Numbered from the stretch's first letter, positions 42,085-52,723 are shown. The stretch: DNA of 57,080 nt from Crenothrix polyspora (GCA_945902915.1 CAMDNJ010000001.1:1-57080); one strand, 5' to 3'. The notes: generated from the letters alone by a model not told the origin. Program-made: numbers and translations.

Positions 42085-42510
42085 ATGCTAGAAACATTAA
42101 CGGGTATTTGGGGGCTGTTTATCAGTGCCTTTATATCTTCTACGATAGCCCCCGGTGGATCAGAAGCTGTTTTGGCTTATTTGGTATCAGAAGGTCATCA
42201 CCCCATTATTCAATTGCTAGCAGTTGCTACCGTAGGTAATACCTTAGGCGCTATGACGACTTGGGGCTTAGGTGTTATGGCGGCTAAAAAATTCCCCGTC
42301 GCTAAGTTATTACCAGAAAAGAAACAAAAGGCCTTGGCATTAGTTAAAAAAAGAGGCGTTTGGATATTATTTTTTTCTTGGTTACCTATTGTCGGTGACG
42401 CCTTATGTTTTGCCGGTGGTTGGTTAAAGCTGCCGTTGTTGCCTGCTTGTTTAGTTATTTTGATAGGAAAGCTGGGGCGATATGCAGTGCTTGCTTGGGT
42501 GTTTGTATGA
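42085..42510 (+). CDS. YqaA/DedA (VTT) family membrane protein
   Basis: AFISSTIAPGGSEA, VGNTLG, SWLPIVGD, GKLGRY. Confidence 0.9.
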   Translation: MLETLTGIWGLFISAFISSTIAPGGSEAVLAYLVSEGHHPIIQLLAVATVGNTLGAMTTWGLGVMAAKKFPVAKLLPEKKQKALALVKKRGVWILFFSWLPIVGDALCFAGGWLKLPLLPACLVILIGKLGRYAVLAWVFV

Positions 42511-42555
42511 TATTAAGGGTAATGATTTTGTTGATTAAAAAACTAAGAGGTTGTT

Positions 42556-43341
42556 GTGCTACGCCATTTCCCTATTAAAGGTATTCTCTATCCCCATAAA
42601 AAGCGTGATTATGTTATAGCCATTTTTACTTTTTTTTGTGTAGCGGTCTGTTTGATTAGTGATGCCAGCGCCAGTATAGAAAAACAAAATGCACTCGGTG
42701 TCAGTGGTTGGGTTTTTTTAATCGGCTTATTGCTGGGTGAAAATAGAGAAGTCAGAATGCAAGTGGTTATTGCGGTTATTTTTGCGACCATTGGTGAACA
42801 TTTTGCCTCACCTTACATGGGTGGTTATACTTATCGTTTCGGTAACGTGCCCTCTTATGTACCTCCAGGGCATGGTATGGTGTATTTAACCGCAGTGGCC
42901 TTGGCTCGTTCGGGTTTGTTTTTACGTTATGCCAGAGAAATTACTGTATTTGTTCTAGCCGTATGTGGCCTGTGGTCATTATGGGGAATTAGTGGTATTC
43001 CAGAGCAAGGTGATTATGTTGGAGCTTTGCTGTTTTGCGTATTCTTGATTTATCTATTTAAAGGCCGTTCGCCTATGGTTTATCTAGCGGCTTTTTTTAT
43101 TACCACTTGGCTGGAATTAATTGGTACGGCTGTGGGAACATGGAAATGGGCAGCGATTGATCCGGTTTTACACTTACCGCAAGGTAATCCTCCTAGTGGT
43201 GTTGCAGCTTGGTATTGTTTAGTGGATGCAGTGGCTATAGGTGGAGCGCCCATTATCTTAAATGGTTTCAAAACGGCACGAGAAGGTTTTCGATCTGTCA
43301 AAGCTAGAAAGGCGGCGTATCAGAGCTTAGGCAATGATTAG
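42556..43341 (+). CDS. Hypothetical multi-pass membrane protein
   Basis: About 7-8 TM segments; GE...YTYR.GNVPSYVPPGHG and ELIGT..GTW.W...GNPPSG..WYC. Confidence 0.8.
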   Translation: MLRHFPIKGILYPHKKRDYVIAIFTFFCVAVCLISDASASIEKQNALGVSGWVFLIGLLLGENREVRMQVVIAVIFATIGEHFASPYMGGYTYRFGNVPSYVPPGHGMVYLTAVALARSGLFLRYAREITVFVLAVCGLWSLWGISGIPEQGDYVGALLFCVFLIYLFKGRSPMVYLAAFFITTWLELIGTAVGTWKWAAIDPVLHLPQGNPPSGVAAWYCLVDAVAIGGAPIILNGFKTAREGFRSVKARKAAYQSLGND

Positions 43342-43411
43342 TGTGTGATACGATAGCGACAACATCATTGTTCAATCGAACTGACATTAACGTTTAACAA
43401 AGAGAAATAAT

Positions 43412-43840
43412 ATGGACCGTCGTGATTTTATGCGTTTAAGTACCTCTGGTGTAGTGGCTGGTTTAGTTGCTCCTACTATGGCTTTAGCAAATACTTATAA
43501 ACCCGTCAAAGGTACAAGTGATATCTATTACACCAAGGAAGATGCTGGTCGCTGGAGTGGTAAAGTAGCCACACATTTACCTAGTATTGATATAGAAAAA
43601 GTAGGCAATGTGGTTACAGTAAAAGTAGTCACTGCTCATGAAATGAAAGGCTACGAACACTATATTGTTAAGCACGTATTATTAGATAGTAATCAGAAGT
43701 TTTTAGATGAACATCTGTTTGATCCCACTAAAGATAGCGCTGCTTTATCGACTTTTACACTAAAAGACTATAGCGGCACGCTTTATGTGCTGAGTTTATG
43801 TAATAAACATGATCTTTGGTTGAATTCAGCTGAAGTATAA
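43412..43840 (+). CDS. Tat-exported superoxide reductase / desulfoferrodoxin-like protein
   Basis: DRRDFM Tat motif; HLP, HEM, HYI, CNKH ligand pattern. Confidence 0.85.
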   Translation: MDRRDFMRLSTSGVVAGLVAPTMALANTYKPVKGTSDIYYTKEDAGRWSGKVATHLPSIDIEKVGNVVTVKVVTAHEMKGYEHYIVKHVLLDSNQKFLDEHLFDPTKDSAALSTFTLKDYSGTLYVLSLCNKHDLWLNSAEV

Positions 43841-43926
43841 ATAAAAGGGCAACCTGCTCGATGGAATAAGTCTGCTTATTCTCTCAAACTACTATTGATG
43901 CTTTTTAAATAACGGACTACAAATCT

Positions 43927-45006
43927 TTGCAGCCTAATCCAAAAAGAATTTTAGTCATTGCTATGCGATTTCTGGGGGACGTGTTATTAACGACCCCCTT
44001 AATACATTCATTAAAGCTAGCCTTTCCTGAAGCTCAAGTAGATGTGCTGGTATATGCTAATACCGCTGCTATGCTTGAAGGCAATCCCGATATACATCAA
44101 ATAATAACCACGGTTAACCGGCCAAAGTTTGCAGATTATCGACGATTGTTGCCTCAGATCTTTAGGCGTTATGATCTTGCTATGGTGATTCAGGCCGGAG
44201 ATAGGCCGTTTCTATATGGCTTGCTTGCTACCTCTAAACGAGTTGCGGTTGTGCCAATAAAAAGCACTACTGGCTGGTGGAAACGTTACTTTGTGCAACA
44301 TTGGCTTGAGTTTGATGACAACACTCACACCGTATTGCAGAATTTGAAGTTACTGGATGCGCTCAAGATTAAAAAACATTTCACTTTGATTCCTCCGCAA
44401 TGTAACGATACTGAACAACTGGTCAAACAATATCCTTTTTTAGCCTCTAATAACGGTTATGTGGTCCTACATCCGCATCCGCAGTGGACTTATAAACAAT
44501 GGACTGTTGAAGCTTGGATAGAGCTAGGACATTACCTGCATGATCTGGGCTTGACCTTGGTGTTATCGTGTGGACCTGCACAGCAAGAGCTTGATTATGT
44601 CACGGCTATTCAAAGCCAATTACCTGAGAGTACAGTTAATCTGGCGGGTTTAGTATCTTTGGCTCAATTGGCTACCATCATTACCCAAGCAAAATTATTT
44701 ATAGGCCCTGATACCGGTATTACTCATTTAGCAGCGGCCACCGGAATTCCAGTCATTGCGCTTTTCGGACCGACTAACCCGGTAAAATGGGCGCCTTTCC
44801 CAGCAGATTATCAGTCAGAAATTAATCCGTTTAATAAAATTGGCGATCAACACGTCAATAATGTTTTTTTAATTCAGGGTAAGGGTGACTGTGTACCCTG
44901 TGATTTAGATGGTTGTGATCGCCATCGCTTAAGTTATAGCGATTGCCTTAGTCATTTACCTAGTAACAAAGTAAAAGTTATTGCTTTGACGATAATACAA
45001 AAATAA
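43927..45006 (+). CDS. GT9 LPS heptosyltransferase (WaaQ-like)
   Basis: GDVLLTTP, FIGPDTGITHLAAA, LFGPT. Confidence 0.9.
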   Translation: MQPNPKRILVIAMRFLGDVLLTTPLIHSLKLAFPEAQVDVLVYANTAAMLEGNPDIHQIITTVNRPKFADYRRLLPQIFRRYDLAMVIQAGDRPFLYGLLATSKRVAVVPIKSTTGWWKRYFVQHWLEFDDNTHTVLQNLKLLDALKIKKHFTLIPPQCNDTEQLVKQYPFLASNNGYVVLHPHPQWTYKQWTVEAWIELGHYLHDLGLTLVLSCGPAQQELDYVTAIQSQLPESTVNLAGLVSLAQLATIITQAKLFIGPDTGITHLAAATGIPVIALFGPTNPVKWAPFPADYQSEINPFNKIGDQHVNNVFLIQGKGDCVPCDLDGCDRHRLSYSDCLSHLPSNKVKVIALTIIQK

Positions 45007-45015
45007 ATCATATAA

Positions 45016-46251
45016 TTGCGGATAACTATTTTGAATAAAACACTTAATGAAACGATTGGGAAATTACAGGTTCTAGTGTTTAAGGCGGGAGCGGTAACTA
45101 TTTCCTTATTTATTGCTGCGATTTATTTTTCTACCAGTTTATCGAGTATATTGTCGGGATTATTGTTAGTGCTGTGCTTGCTTGCTGGTCAATATAAGAC
45201 CCTATCAGAAATATTAAGGAACAATTTGGTTGCATCCAGCTCACTGTTGCTCTTTGCTTTTTTTATAGTGGGTTTGAGTTACAGCAGCGTAAGTAATGCA
45301 GATGCTTTTTCGATGCTGTTAAAATATAGAGAGTTGATATTTATTCTCCCGTTAACGGTTTTTCTAAGTACGGAGCGTTATCGAAATTGGGCCTGGAATG
45401 CTTTTATTATTTCATCAGTGCTGATATTGGTGATCTCTTATTTAATGCATTTTGGTATTTTGAATTTAAATCATCAGGGCGACCCTACTTTTAAAAGTCG
45501 TATTACTCATAGTATATTTATTTCATTTTTTGGCTTTTTTTGTGCTCATAAAGCGTATGACGAAAAAGCTTATCAAAAGTTATATTGGCTGTTGTTTATT
45601 GCTTGTGCTTATAACTTGTTCTTTATAGTTGAGGGACGTACAGGACAATTAATTGCTGTTTTATTAGTGCTTTTGTTTGCTGTGCAACGTTTTACTAAGC
45701 GAGGACTTGTCATGACAGTCTTTGTTGTGGGTATCTTAATGCTACTGTTTTTAAATTATTCAGATAAAGCGACACGATTTAATGAGGGTGTCGTTAATAT
45801 GCAATCAGATTTAAAACCTGGGCCGGAGCAATCGCAAACCTCAATGGGGCAGCGCTATATGTTTTGGCGATATTCTATGGAATTGATTGCTGAAAAACCT
45901 TTGTTGGGTCATGGCACAGGGAGTTTTGCAAAAGAATATGAGCGGATTACTAGCACTGAAACAATGAAAGCAAAAAATCCTCATAATGAGTTTTTAATGA
46001 TTAGTGTTCAATTAGGTGCTGTAGGGTTATTTATTTATTTAGGTTTTTTGGCTAGTCAGTATTATTTGTCGAAAAAATTAACTAATCAAAAAAAATATGT
46101 AGCCCAGGGATTGTTACTTACTTTAATTATAACCAGTCTATTTAATACGCCGATTATGGATCATACCGAGGGGCACTGGTTTGTTATGATGATAGCCTTA
46201 TGTTTTTCCTCATTATCCACTGATCTTAAGGCTGAAATAAAGCATGCTTAG
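45016..46251 (+). CDS. O-antigen ligase family protein
   Basis: Multi-TM, GRTG, SMGQR, GHGTGSF, NPHNEFL. Confidence 0.88.
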   Translation: MRITILNKTLNETIGKLQVLVFKAGAVTISLFIAAIYFSTSLSSILSGLLLVLCLLAGQYKTLSEILRNNLVASSSLLLFAFFIVGLSYSSVSNADAFSMLLKYRELIFILPLTVFLSTERYRNWAWNAFIISSVLILVISYLMHFGILNLNHQGDPTFKSRITHSIFISFFGFFCAHKAYDEKAYQKLYWLLFIACAYNLFFIVEGRTGQLIAVLLVLLFAVQRFTKRGLVMTVFVVGILMLLFLNYSDKATRFNEGVVNMQSDLKPGPEQSQTSMGQRYMFWRYSMELIAEKPLLGHGTGSFAKEYERITSTETMKAKNPHNEFLMISVQLGAVGLFIYLGFLASQYYLSKKLTNQKKYVAQGLLLTLIITSLFNTPIMDHTEGHWFVMMIALCFSSLSTDLKAEIKHA

Positions 46252-46987
46252 TGTCATTGTTATAACCAAAAATGAAGCCTTTCATATAGGTCGTTGCCTA
46301 GACTCCGTTTCATGGGCGGATGAAATCATCGTGCTAGATTCTGGTAGTGAAGATAATACCGTCGAAATTTGCCAGCGCTATACGGATAAAGTATTTATCA
46401 CCGATTGGCCAGGTTTTGGCATTCAGAAACAACGAGCATTAAATCATGCTCAAAGCGATTGGGTATTTTCCATTGATGCCGATGAAGTGGTTAGCCCTGA
46501 ATTAAGAGCTGAAATTCAAGTTGCTATGATTGAATCCTCTTTTAATGGCTATGAGATTCCACGCTTATCTAGTTATTGCGGTAAGCAAATGCGTCATGGT
46601 GGATGGTATCCTGATTATGTGCTTAGGTTGTTTAAACGCGGCACTGGATGTTTTACTGATAATGTCGTGCATGAGAGTATTGTAGTGCAAGGTGATGTGG
46701 GGCAATTAACTGTTCCGTTATTGCATGATGCTTTTATTAATTTAGAAGAAGTTTTACATAAAGTGAATAGCTATTCGTCACTAGGTGCTGATATGTTATA
46801 CCAAAAAAATGTATCGTCATCATTAGGTAAAGCCATATTTAAAGCCTTATGGATGTTTATTCGTACCTATGGACTAAAGGGCGGATTTTTGGATGGGCGC
46901 CAAGGTTTAATGCTAGCTATTTCCAATGCTGAAGGCACTTATTATAAATATATTAAGTTGTTGGAATTACAAAGCCGTCAAACATGA
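46244..46987 (+). CDS. GT2 glycosyltransferase (KdtX/WaaE-like)
   Basis: IITKNE-like start, DSGSEDNT, WPGFGIQKQ, IDADE, GFLDGRQG. Confidence 0.9.
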   Translation: MLSVIVITKNEAFHIGRCLDSVSWADEIIVLDSGSEDNTVEICQRYTDKVFITDWPGFGIQKQRALNHAQSDWVFSIDADEVVSPELRAEIQVAMIESSFNGYEIPRLSSYCGKQMRHGGWYPDYVLRLFKRGTGCFTDNVVHESIVVQGDVGQLTVPLLHDAFINLEEVLHKVNSYSSLGADMLYQKNVSSSLGKAIFKALWMFIRTYGLKGGFLDGRQGLMLAISNAEGTYYKYIKLLELQSRQT

Positions 46988-47799
46988 AGTTAATTTCAGT
47001 TATTGTCACGACCTATAATTGGCCGCTAGCACTAAAATTGTGTTTGGACAGTTTATTTGCCCAACATGACCAAGATTTTGAGATTATTATTGCTGATGAT
47101 GGGTCTAGTGCTGAAAGTTTAAAGCAAACACAGGCCTTCTGCGAACAGAGTCTTGTTTCTATCTCTTATAGCTACCATGAAGATCAGGGCTTTAGAGCAG
47201 GAACCATTAGAAACAAAGCTGTAGCACTCAGTAAAGGTGATTATCTGCTCTTTATTGATGGCGATTGTATTTTGATGCCAGACTTCATAGTTAGGCATAG
47301 GCAATTAGCTGAGTTGCAGTGTTTTGTGCCCGGGAATCGAGTGCTATTAAATTCTGAATTTACTCAAGACGTGATAGCGCAACAGATTCCCTTATATGCA
47401 AAGCCTATCGACTATTTTCTATTGCTTAGGCTTCAGAGAAAAATAAATCGCATATCTGGATTTCTGCATTTGTCATTAGGATTTTTAAGGCATCTTCAAC
47501 CTAAAAAATGGCAAAGAGCGATGACCTGCAATTTAGGTGTGTGGAAAGAAGACTTTATTCGAGTCAATGGTTTTGATGAGTTGTTTGAAGGCTGGGGCTT
47601 TGAAGATTCGGATTTAGTTATCAGGTTGATACATGCAGGCATTAAACGTAAAGAAGGGCGATTTGCCGTGCCAGTGTTGCATCTATGGCATGCTCATAAT
47701 GACAAAAGTAAGCAAGCACAAAATTATCAGCGTTTGCTCGATCGATTACAGCAACAAGATTTTATTATTGCAGAAAAGGGTGTTTCTCAATATTTATAG
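46984..47799 (+). CDS. GT2 glycosyltransferase
   Basis: TTYN, ADDGS, IDGDC, VNGFDE..GWGFEDSD, HLWH. Confidence 0.9.
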   Translation: MKLISVIVTTYNWPLALKLCLDSLFAQHDQDFEIIIADDGSSAESLKQTQAFCEQSLVSISYSYHEDQGFRAGTIRNKAVALSKGDYLLFIDGDCILMPDFIVRHRQLAELQCFVPGNRVLLNSEFTQDVIAQQIPLYAKPIDYFLLLRLQRKINRISGFLHLSLGFLRHLQPKKWQRAMTCNLGVWKEDFIRVNGFDELFEGWGFEDSDLVIRLIHAGIKRKEGRFAVPVLHLWHAHNDKSKQAQNYQRLLDRLQQQDFIIAEKGVSQYL

Positions 47800-47856
47800 T
47801 CATTAATAAGGTATCGTTAGCTAAAAGGCCGTACCTATCAACAATATTTATAAAAC

Positions 47857-49638
47857 ATGAAAAAAGAACCTACTACCAGTACCGTAATATATAAGCGTTT
47901 ATTAACCTATGTAAAGCCACATCGTGGTCTTTTTGCCATCAGTATTGTTGGTTTCTTGATGTATTCGGGCACACAGACCTTATTCGCAGCATTAATTAAG
48001 CACATTATTGATACCCTACAAAGTGAAGCTAGGGAAGGTATGTATTATTTGCCGTTATTGTTTAGCGGCTTAATCGTCATACATGGTATAGGCGCTTACA
48101 TCGGCAATTATTTTTTAGCTAAAGTATCAACTAACGTTGTACATGCCTTAAGGTGTGAGATCTTCGACCAATATACACGTCTGCCTACTAGTTATTTTGA
48201 TGCCAATAACAGTGGTTATATGATTTCAAGAATAACCAATAATGTTGGACAAGTCACTCAGGCAACGACTGATGCCGTGCGTACCTTTGTGCGCGAGGGC
48301 TTTACTGCTATCGGCCTATTAATCTATTTATTCTATTCAAGTTGGATGTTGTCATTAGTTTTTGTGGCGATTGCGCCTATTATTGTGGTGCTGGTGGGGT
48401 ATGTCAGTAAGCGTCTACGTGGCATTAGTAAGAAAATACAAGAGTCCATTGGTGATATGACCCATATCACGTCTGAATTAGTCGGCGGTCACCGTGTGGT
48501 ACGTAGTTACGGTGGGGAAGCTTATGAGCGTAAACGTTTTTTAGAAAGCAGCTTATATAATCGCCGGCAATCTCTGAAGCTATCGACGACCATGGCTATA
48601 CATAATCCGATTATGCAATTCATTATCGCGATTGCCTTATCCGTTTTAATGTATATGGCCTTGTTTTTTATGAAGCAAGCCAGTGTCGGTGAATTTGTCG
48701 GTTATTTAACAGCTGCCTTTTTATTACCTAGACCGATTAGGCAATTAAGTGATGCTAACGGTGATATACAAAAAGGCATCGCTGCTGCTGAATCTTTATT
48801 TGAAATCTTAGATGAGCCGGGTGAAGAAGATTCGGGTAGTTATCAGGCAGAACGCTGCTTAGGTGCTTTAGAGTTTAAAAACTTATCTTTTAAGTATCCA
48901 GGAACGAATGAGTTTGTGCTTAAGGATATTAATTTTAAGGTAGCTCCAGGTCAAACCATTGCTTTGGTCGGCGCATCGGGCGGCGGTAAAAGTACCTTAG
49001 CTAATTTAGTTTCACGTTTTTATCCTCATGATAATGGAGAGATATTATTAGACGGCGTAGAAATTAATAGCTATCAATTGGCTAACTTAAGAAAGCAAAT
49101 TGCCTTGGTTAATCAACAAGTCACGCTATTCAATGATACGATAGCGAACAATATTGCTTATGGTGCCTTAGCAATAGCCACTAAAGACGAAATTACAGCA
49201 GCCGCTACCGATGCTTATGCTATGGAGTTCGTCAGTAAATTCGAGTTGGGTTTAGAGACTGAAATTGGTGAGAATGGCGTTAAGTTATCCGGTGGACAGA
49301 GGCAACGTCTAGCCTTGGCCAGAGCGTTACTCAAAGATGCGCCAATATTAATATTAGATGAGGCAACGTCGGCACTAGATACCGAATCTGAACGCTATAT
49401 TCAAGCAGCTTTGCAAAAAGTGATGGGCAATCGAACCACATTGGTTATCGCTCATCGCTTATCAACGATAGAAAATGCAGATGTCATTTTAGTGATCGAT
49501 CAAGGACGAATTATAGAGCAGGGTTCTCATGCGGAACTGATAGCAAAGCAGGGTGCTTATGCTAGGTTGCACCATATACAGTTTAAAACACAGATTGAAA
49601 AAACAGAGCCGCCTCTTGAAATAGCGACGCCAGATTAG
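47857..49638 (+). CDS. msbA: Lipid A export ABC transporter
   Basis: Six-TM domain with NBD (GASGGGKS, LSGGQRQR, LDEATSALD), inside the LPS cluster. Confidence 0.92.
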   Translation: MKKEPTTSTVIYKRLLTYVKPHRGLFAISIVGFLMYSGTQTLFAALIKHIIDTLQSEAREGMYYLPLLFSGLIVIHGIGAYIGNYFLAKVSTNVVHALRCEIFDQYTRLPTSYFDANNSGYMISRITNNVGQVTQATTDAVRTFVREGFTAIGLLIYLFYSSWMLSLVFVAIAPIIVVLVGYVSKRLRGISKKIQESIGDMTHITSELVGGHRVVRSYGGEAYERKRFLESSLYNRRQSLKLSTTMAIHNPIMQFIIAIALSVLMYMALFFMKQASVGEFVGYLTAAFLLPRPIRQLSDANGDIQKGIAAAESLFEILDEPGEEDSGSYQAERCLGALEFKNLSFKYPGTNEFVLKDINFKVAPGQTIALVGASGGGKSTLANLVSRFYPHDNGEILLDGVEINSYQLANLRKQIALVNQQVTLFNDTIANNIAYGALAIATKDEITAAATDAYAMEFVSKFELGLETEIGENGVKLSGGQRQRLALARALLKDAPILILDEATSALDTESERYIQAALQKVMGNRTTLVIAHRLSTIENADVILVIDQGRIIEQGSHAELIAKQGAYARLHHIQFKTQIEKTEPPLEIATPD

Positions 49639-49697
49639 ACGGTTGCGCAATAATAAACCTAAACATCATCTCTCTTTAAGAACCTAGGAGAACTATT

Positions 49698-50273
49698 TTG
49701 AAAACATTTGTGACAGAGCTTGAAGAGCATCAGGTAATGATCTCTAGCTTAGCCGAGCAGTCTGAGGCGATAGAAGCGGCGGGCGCTTTATTAATTGCCA
49801 CCTTAAAGCAAGGTGGCAAGATATTGCTTTGTGGTAATGGCGGAAGTGCGGCGGACTGTCAACATATCGCTGCTGAGTTAGTAGTGCGCTATGAAAAGAA
49901 ACGTCATGCTATGGCGGCTATTGCCTTGACGACAGATAGTTCTATCTTAACAGCCCATGCCAATGATTTTGATTTTGAAACGGTATTTTCCCGTCAAGTT
50001 GAAGGCTTAGGTAATAACAACGATTGTCTGATTGCTATTTCCACCTCAGGCACCAGCAAGAATATATTGAAAGCCACCGAGGCCGCAAAAGCTAAAGGCA
50101 TGGCCGTGATTGGTTTGACTGGCAATGAGGGCGGCGAATTAAGTCAGTTGGCAACGCTTGCGGTAGTTGTGCCTTCAAAAGTAACAGCAAGAATACAAGA
50201 GGCTCATATTTTAATTGGGCATTGGTGGTGTGGTGTGATTGAGGAGGCATTAAGTGATCGTAGTAACGCCTGA
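49698..50273 (+). CDS. gmhA: Phosphoheptose isomerase
   Basis: CGNGGSAADCQH, ISTSG, TARIQEAH. Confidence 0.95.
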   Translation: MKTFVTELEEHQVMISSLAEQSEAIEAAGALLIATLKQGGKILLCGNGGSAADCQHIAAELVVRYEKKRHAMAAIALTTDSSILTAHANDFDFETVFSRQVEGLGNNNDCLIAISTSGTSKNILKATEAAKAKGMAVIGLTGNEGGELSQLATLAVVVPSKVTARIQEAHILIGHWWCGVIEEALSDRSNA

Positions 50274-51678
50274 GTTTAGCGCAGCTAGAATTATTGTTAT
50301 TGGGGATGTGATGCTGGACCGTTATTGGTCTGGGCAAGCTACCCGTATTTCTCCCGAAGCCCCGGTGCCAGTAGTTAAGGTTAAAACAATTGAAGACCGT
50401 ATTGGTGGCGCAGCTAATGTCGCACTTAATATTGCCAAACTAGGTGGTCAAGTGACTTTGCTGGGTGTTATTGGTGATGATGCCGAAGGTGAAATAGTTC
50501 AGCGACTATTAGAAACCGAAGGTGTGGTGTGCGATTTTGTCGTTGAAAAATCCTTACGTAGTATCTGTAAATTACGGGTGATGGCGCAACATCAGCAATT
50601 GATTCGTTTAGACTTTGAAGATACTCCCATACAGTTTGATCAAGCGGCCTTGCAATCTGCCTTAATACGTCATTTACCTAAACATGATGTGGTGGTGTTT
50701 TCAGATTATGGCAAAGGCACCTTAGTCGAAGTATCGAGTTTTATCGCTGCAGCTAAGCAGGCCGGCGTTAAAACCTTAGTCGATCCTAAAGGCATTGACT
50801 ATCAGCCTTATGCGCTAGCTGATTTAATTACGCCTAATTTGTCAGAGTTAAAAGCAGTGGTCGGTGCGTGTCTAGATGAGCAGGAACTTATTGAAAAAGG
50901 TCGTGCTTTATTAGCGCAATATCAAATTCCTACTCTGTTGTTGACGCGTGGTGAAGCAGGCATGACCTTGATTGAAGCGGATCAAGTCCATTCAATACCC
51001 GCAAAAGCCAAAGATGTTTTTGATGTGACAGGGGCTGGAGACACAGTTATTGCTGTGATGGCCTTATGCGTGTCTTTGGAGTTGCCTTTAATGGAGGCTA
51101 TGTATTTGGCTAATTTAGCAGGCGGTATTGTCGTCGGCAAGCTAGGGACGTCTACGGTTTCGCTACAAGAATTAACGCGGGCTATGCATGGCGCTAGAGA
51201 TTCTTTCTATGGTGTGGTTGCAGAACATGAATTAGTAAAGCTCTTTGCTAGAGCCAAAGCCCATAATGAAAAAATCATTATGACTAATGGCTGTTTTGAT
51301 TTATTACATGCCGGACATGTCGCTTATTTAGAGCAAGCAAAAGCCTTAGGCGATCGTTTATGTGTGGCCGTGAATTCGGATGCCTCAGTTAAACAGCTTA
51401 AAGGTGAATCACGACCTATTAATGCCTTAAAAGAACGCATGACTGTTTTAGCCGCTTTAGCCTGTGTTGACTGGGTAGTGGATTTTACAGAAGAAACTCC
51501 TGAGCGTTTATATTGCAATTTATTGCCCGATGTTATTGTTAAGGGTGGTGATTACAGTCCCGAGCAAGTGGTCGGTGGCGATTGTGTTATTAAGGCGGGC
51601 GGCGAAGTTAAGATCTTACAGTTTGTTGATGGCCAATCAACAACGGCGATGATAAATAAAGCAAGAGGTGAGCTATGA
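50254..51678 (+). CDS. hldE: Bifunctional heptose-7-phosphate kinase / heptose-1-phosphate adenylyltransferase
   Basis: RISPEAPVP, DVTGAGDT, TNGCFDLLHAGH. Confidence 0.96.
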   Translation: MIVVTPEFSAARIIVIGDVMLDRYWSGQATRISPEAPVPVVKVKTIEDRIGGAANVALNIAKLGGQVTLLGVIGDDAEGEIVQRLLETEGVVCDFVVEKSLRSICKLRVMAQHQQLIRLDFEDTPIQFDQAALQSALIRHLPKHDVVVFSDYGKGTLVEVSSFIAAAKQAGVKTLVDPKGIDYQPYALADLITPNLSELKAVVGACLDEQELIEKGRALLAQYQIPTLLLTRGEAGMTLIEADQVHSIPAKAKDVFDVTGAGDTVIAVMALCVSLELPLMEAMYLANLAGGIVVGKLGTSTVSLQELTRAMHGARDSFYGVVAEHELVKLFARAKAHNEKIIMTNGCFDLLHAGHVAYLEQAKALGDRLCVAVNSDASVKQLKGESRPINALKERMTVLAALACVDWVVDFTEETPERLYCNLLPDVIVKGGDYSPEQVVGGDCVIKAGGEVKILQFVDGQSTTAMINKARGEL

Positions 51679-52622
51679 TTATTGTTACAGGTGGTGCCGG
51701 CTTTATTGGTAGTAATTTGATTCGAGCCTTAAATAAGCGTGGCGAAAGCAATATCTTGTTAGTTGATCATTTAGTGAATGGTCGAAAAATGTTAAATATC
51801 GCTGATCTTAATATTGCTGATTATATGGATAAAGCCGAGTTTATTAATAACATGGATTCGCCAAGCTTTTTAAACGAGGTTAAAGCTGTCTTTCATCAAG
51901 GCGCTTGTTCTGCCACTACGGAATGGAATGGCCAGTATGTGATGGAGAATAATTACACTTATTCAAAGCGTCTATTGCAAGCGTGTATTACCAAGAATGT
52001 CGCATTTATTTATGCGTCTTCAGCCTCTGTTTATGGTAATGGTGAGCAAGGGTTTCGGGTAGATCGTAGCTGTGAGCAGCCCATTAACATGTATGCTTAC
52101 TCAAAGTTTCAATTTGATCAATACGTGCGGAGATTATTACCAACAACGGATTGTCAAATTGCCGGCTTTCGTTATTTTAATGTTTATGGTCCCGGTGAAC
52201 AGCATAAGGGTGCGATGAGCAGCACGGCCTTCCATTTTAATCAGCAAGTCATTGAACACAACAAAGCAAAATTATTTGCCGGTTGTGATGGCATGGCCAA
52301 TGGTGAACAACAACGAGATTTTGTTTATGTCGATGATGTTGTTGATGTGAATCTATGGTTTTTAGATCATCCAGAGCAAAGCGGGATTTTTAATGTCGGT
52401 ACGGGTAGAGCAGAAACCTTTAATACCGTTGCCAATGCCGTAATTGCTTGGCATCAACAAGGAAGTATTGAATATATTCCCTTCCCTGAGCATTTAAAAG
52501 GTGCTTATCAAAGTTATACGCAGGCCGATATTTCAGGATTAAGGCAGGCAGGCTATAGCAAAGAATTTTTAACCGTCAAAGAAGGTGTTACCCAGTATTT
52601 GAATGGCTTGAATTCAAAATAA
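51675..52622 (+). CDS. hldD: ADP-L-glycero-D-manno-heptose 6-epimerase
   Basis: TGGAGFIGSN, HQGACSAT, YAYSK, RYFNVYG, YQSYTQAD. Confidence 0.96.
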   Translation: MIIVTGGAGFIGSNLIRALNKRGESNILLVDHLVNGRKMLNIADLNIADYMDKAEFINNMDSPSFLNEVKAVFHQGACSATTEWNGQYVMENNYTYSKRLLQACITKNVAFIYASSASVYGNGEQGFRVDRSCEQPINMYAYSKFQFDQYVRRLLPTTDCQIAGFRYFNVYGPGEQHKGAMSSTAFHFNQQVIEHNKAKLFAGCDGMANGEQQRDFVYVDDVVDVNLWFLDHPEQSGIFNVGTGRAETFNTVANAVIAWHQQGSIEYIPFPEHLKGAYQSYTQADISGLRQAGYSKEFLTVKEGVTQYLNGLNSK

Positions 52623-52639
52623 AGCTATTTGCGTAGAGT

Positions 52640-52723
52640 GTAGGATGGGTAGAACAAAATGAAACCCATCAAACGCATGTCACTACACAAGTATATTATC
52701 GTTCTCACGCGGCGCGTGGAACG
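52640..52723. repeat. REP-like remnants (GTAGGATGGG...CCCATC and family C)
   Basis: gtaggatgggtagaacaaaatgaaacccatc; ttatcgttctcacgcggcgcgtggaacg. Confidence 0.65.
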
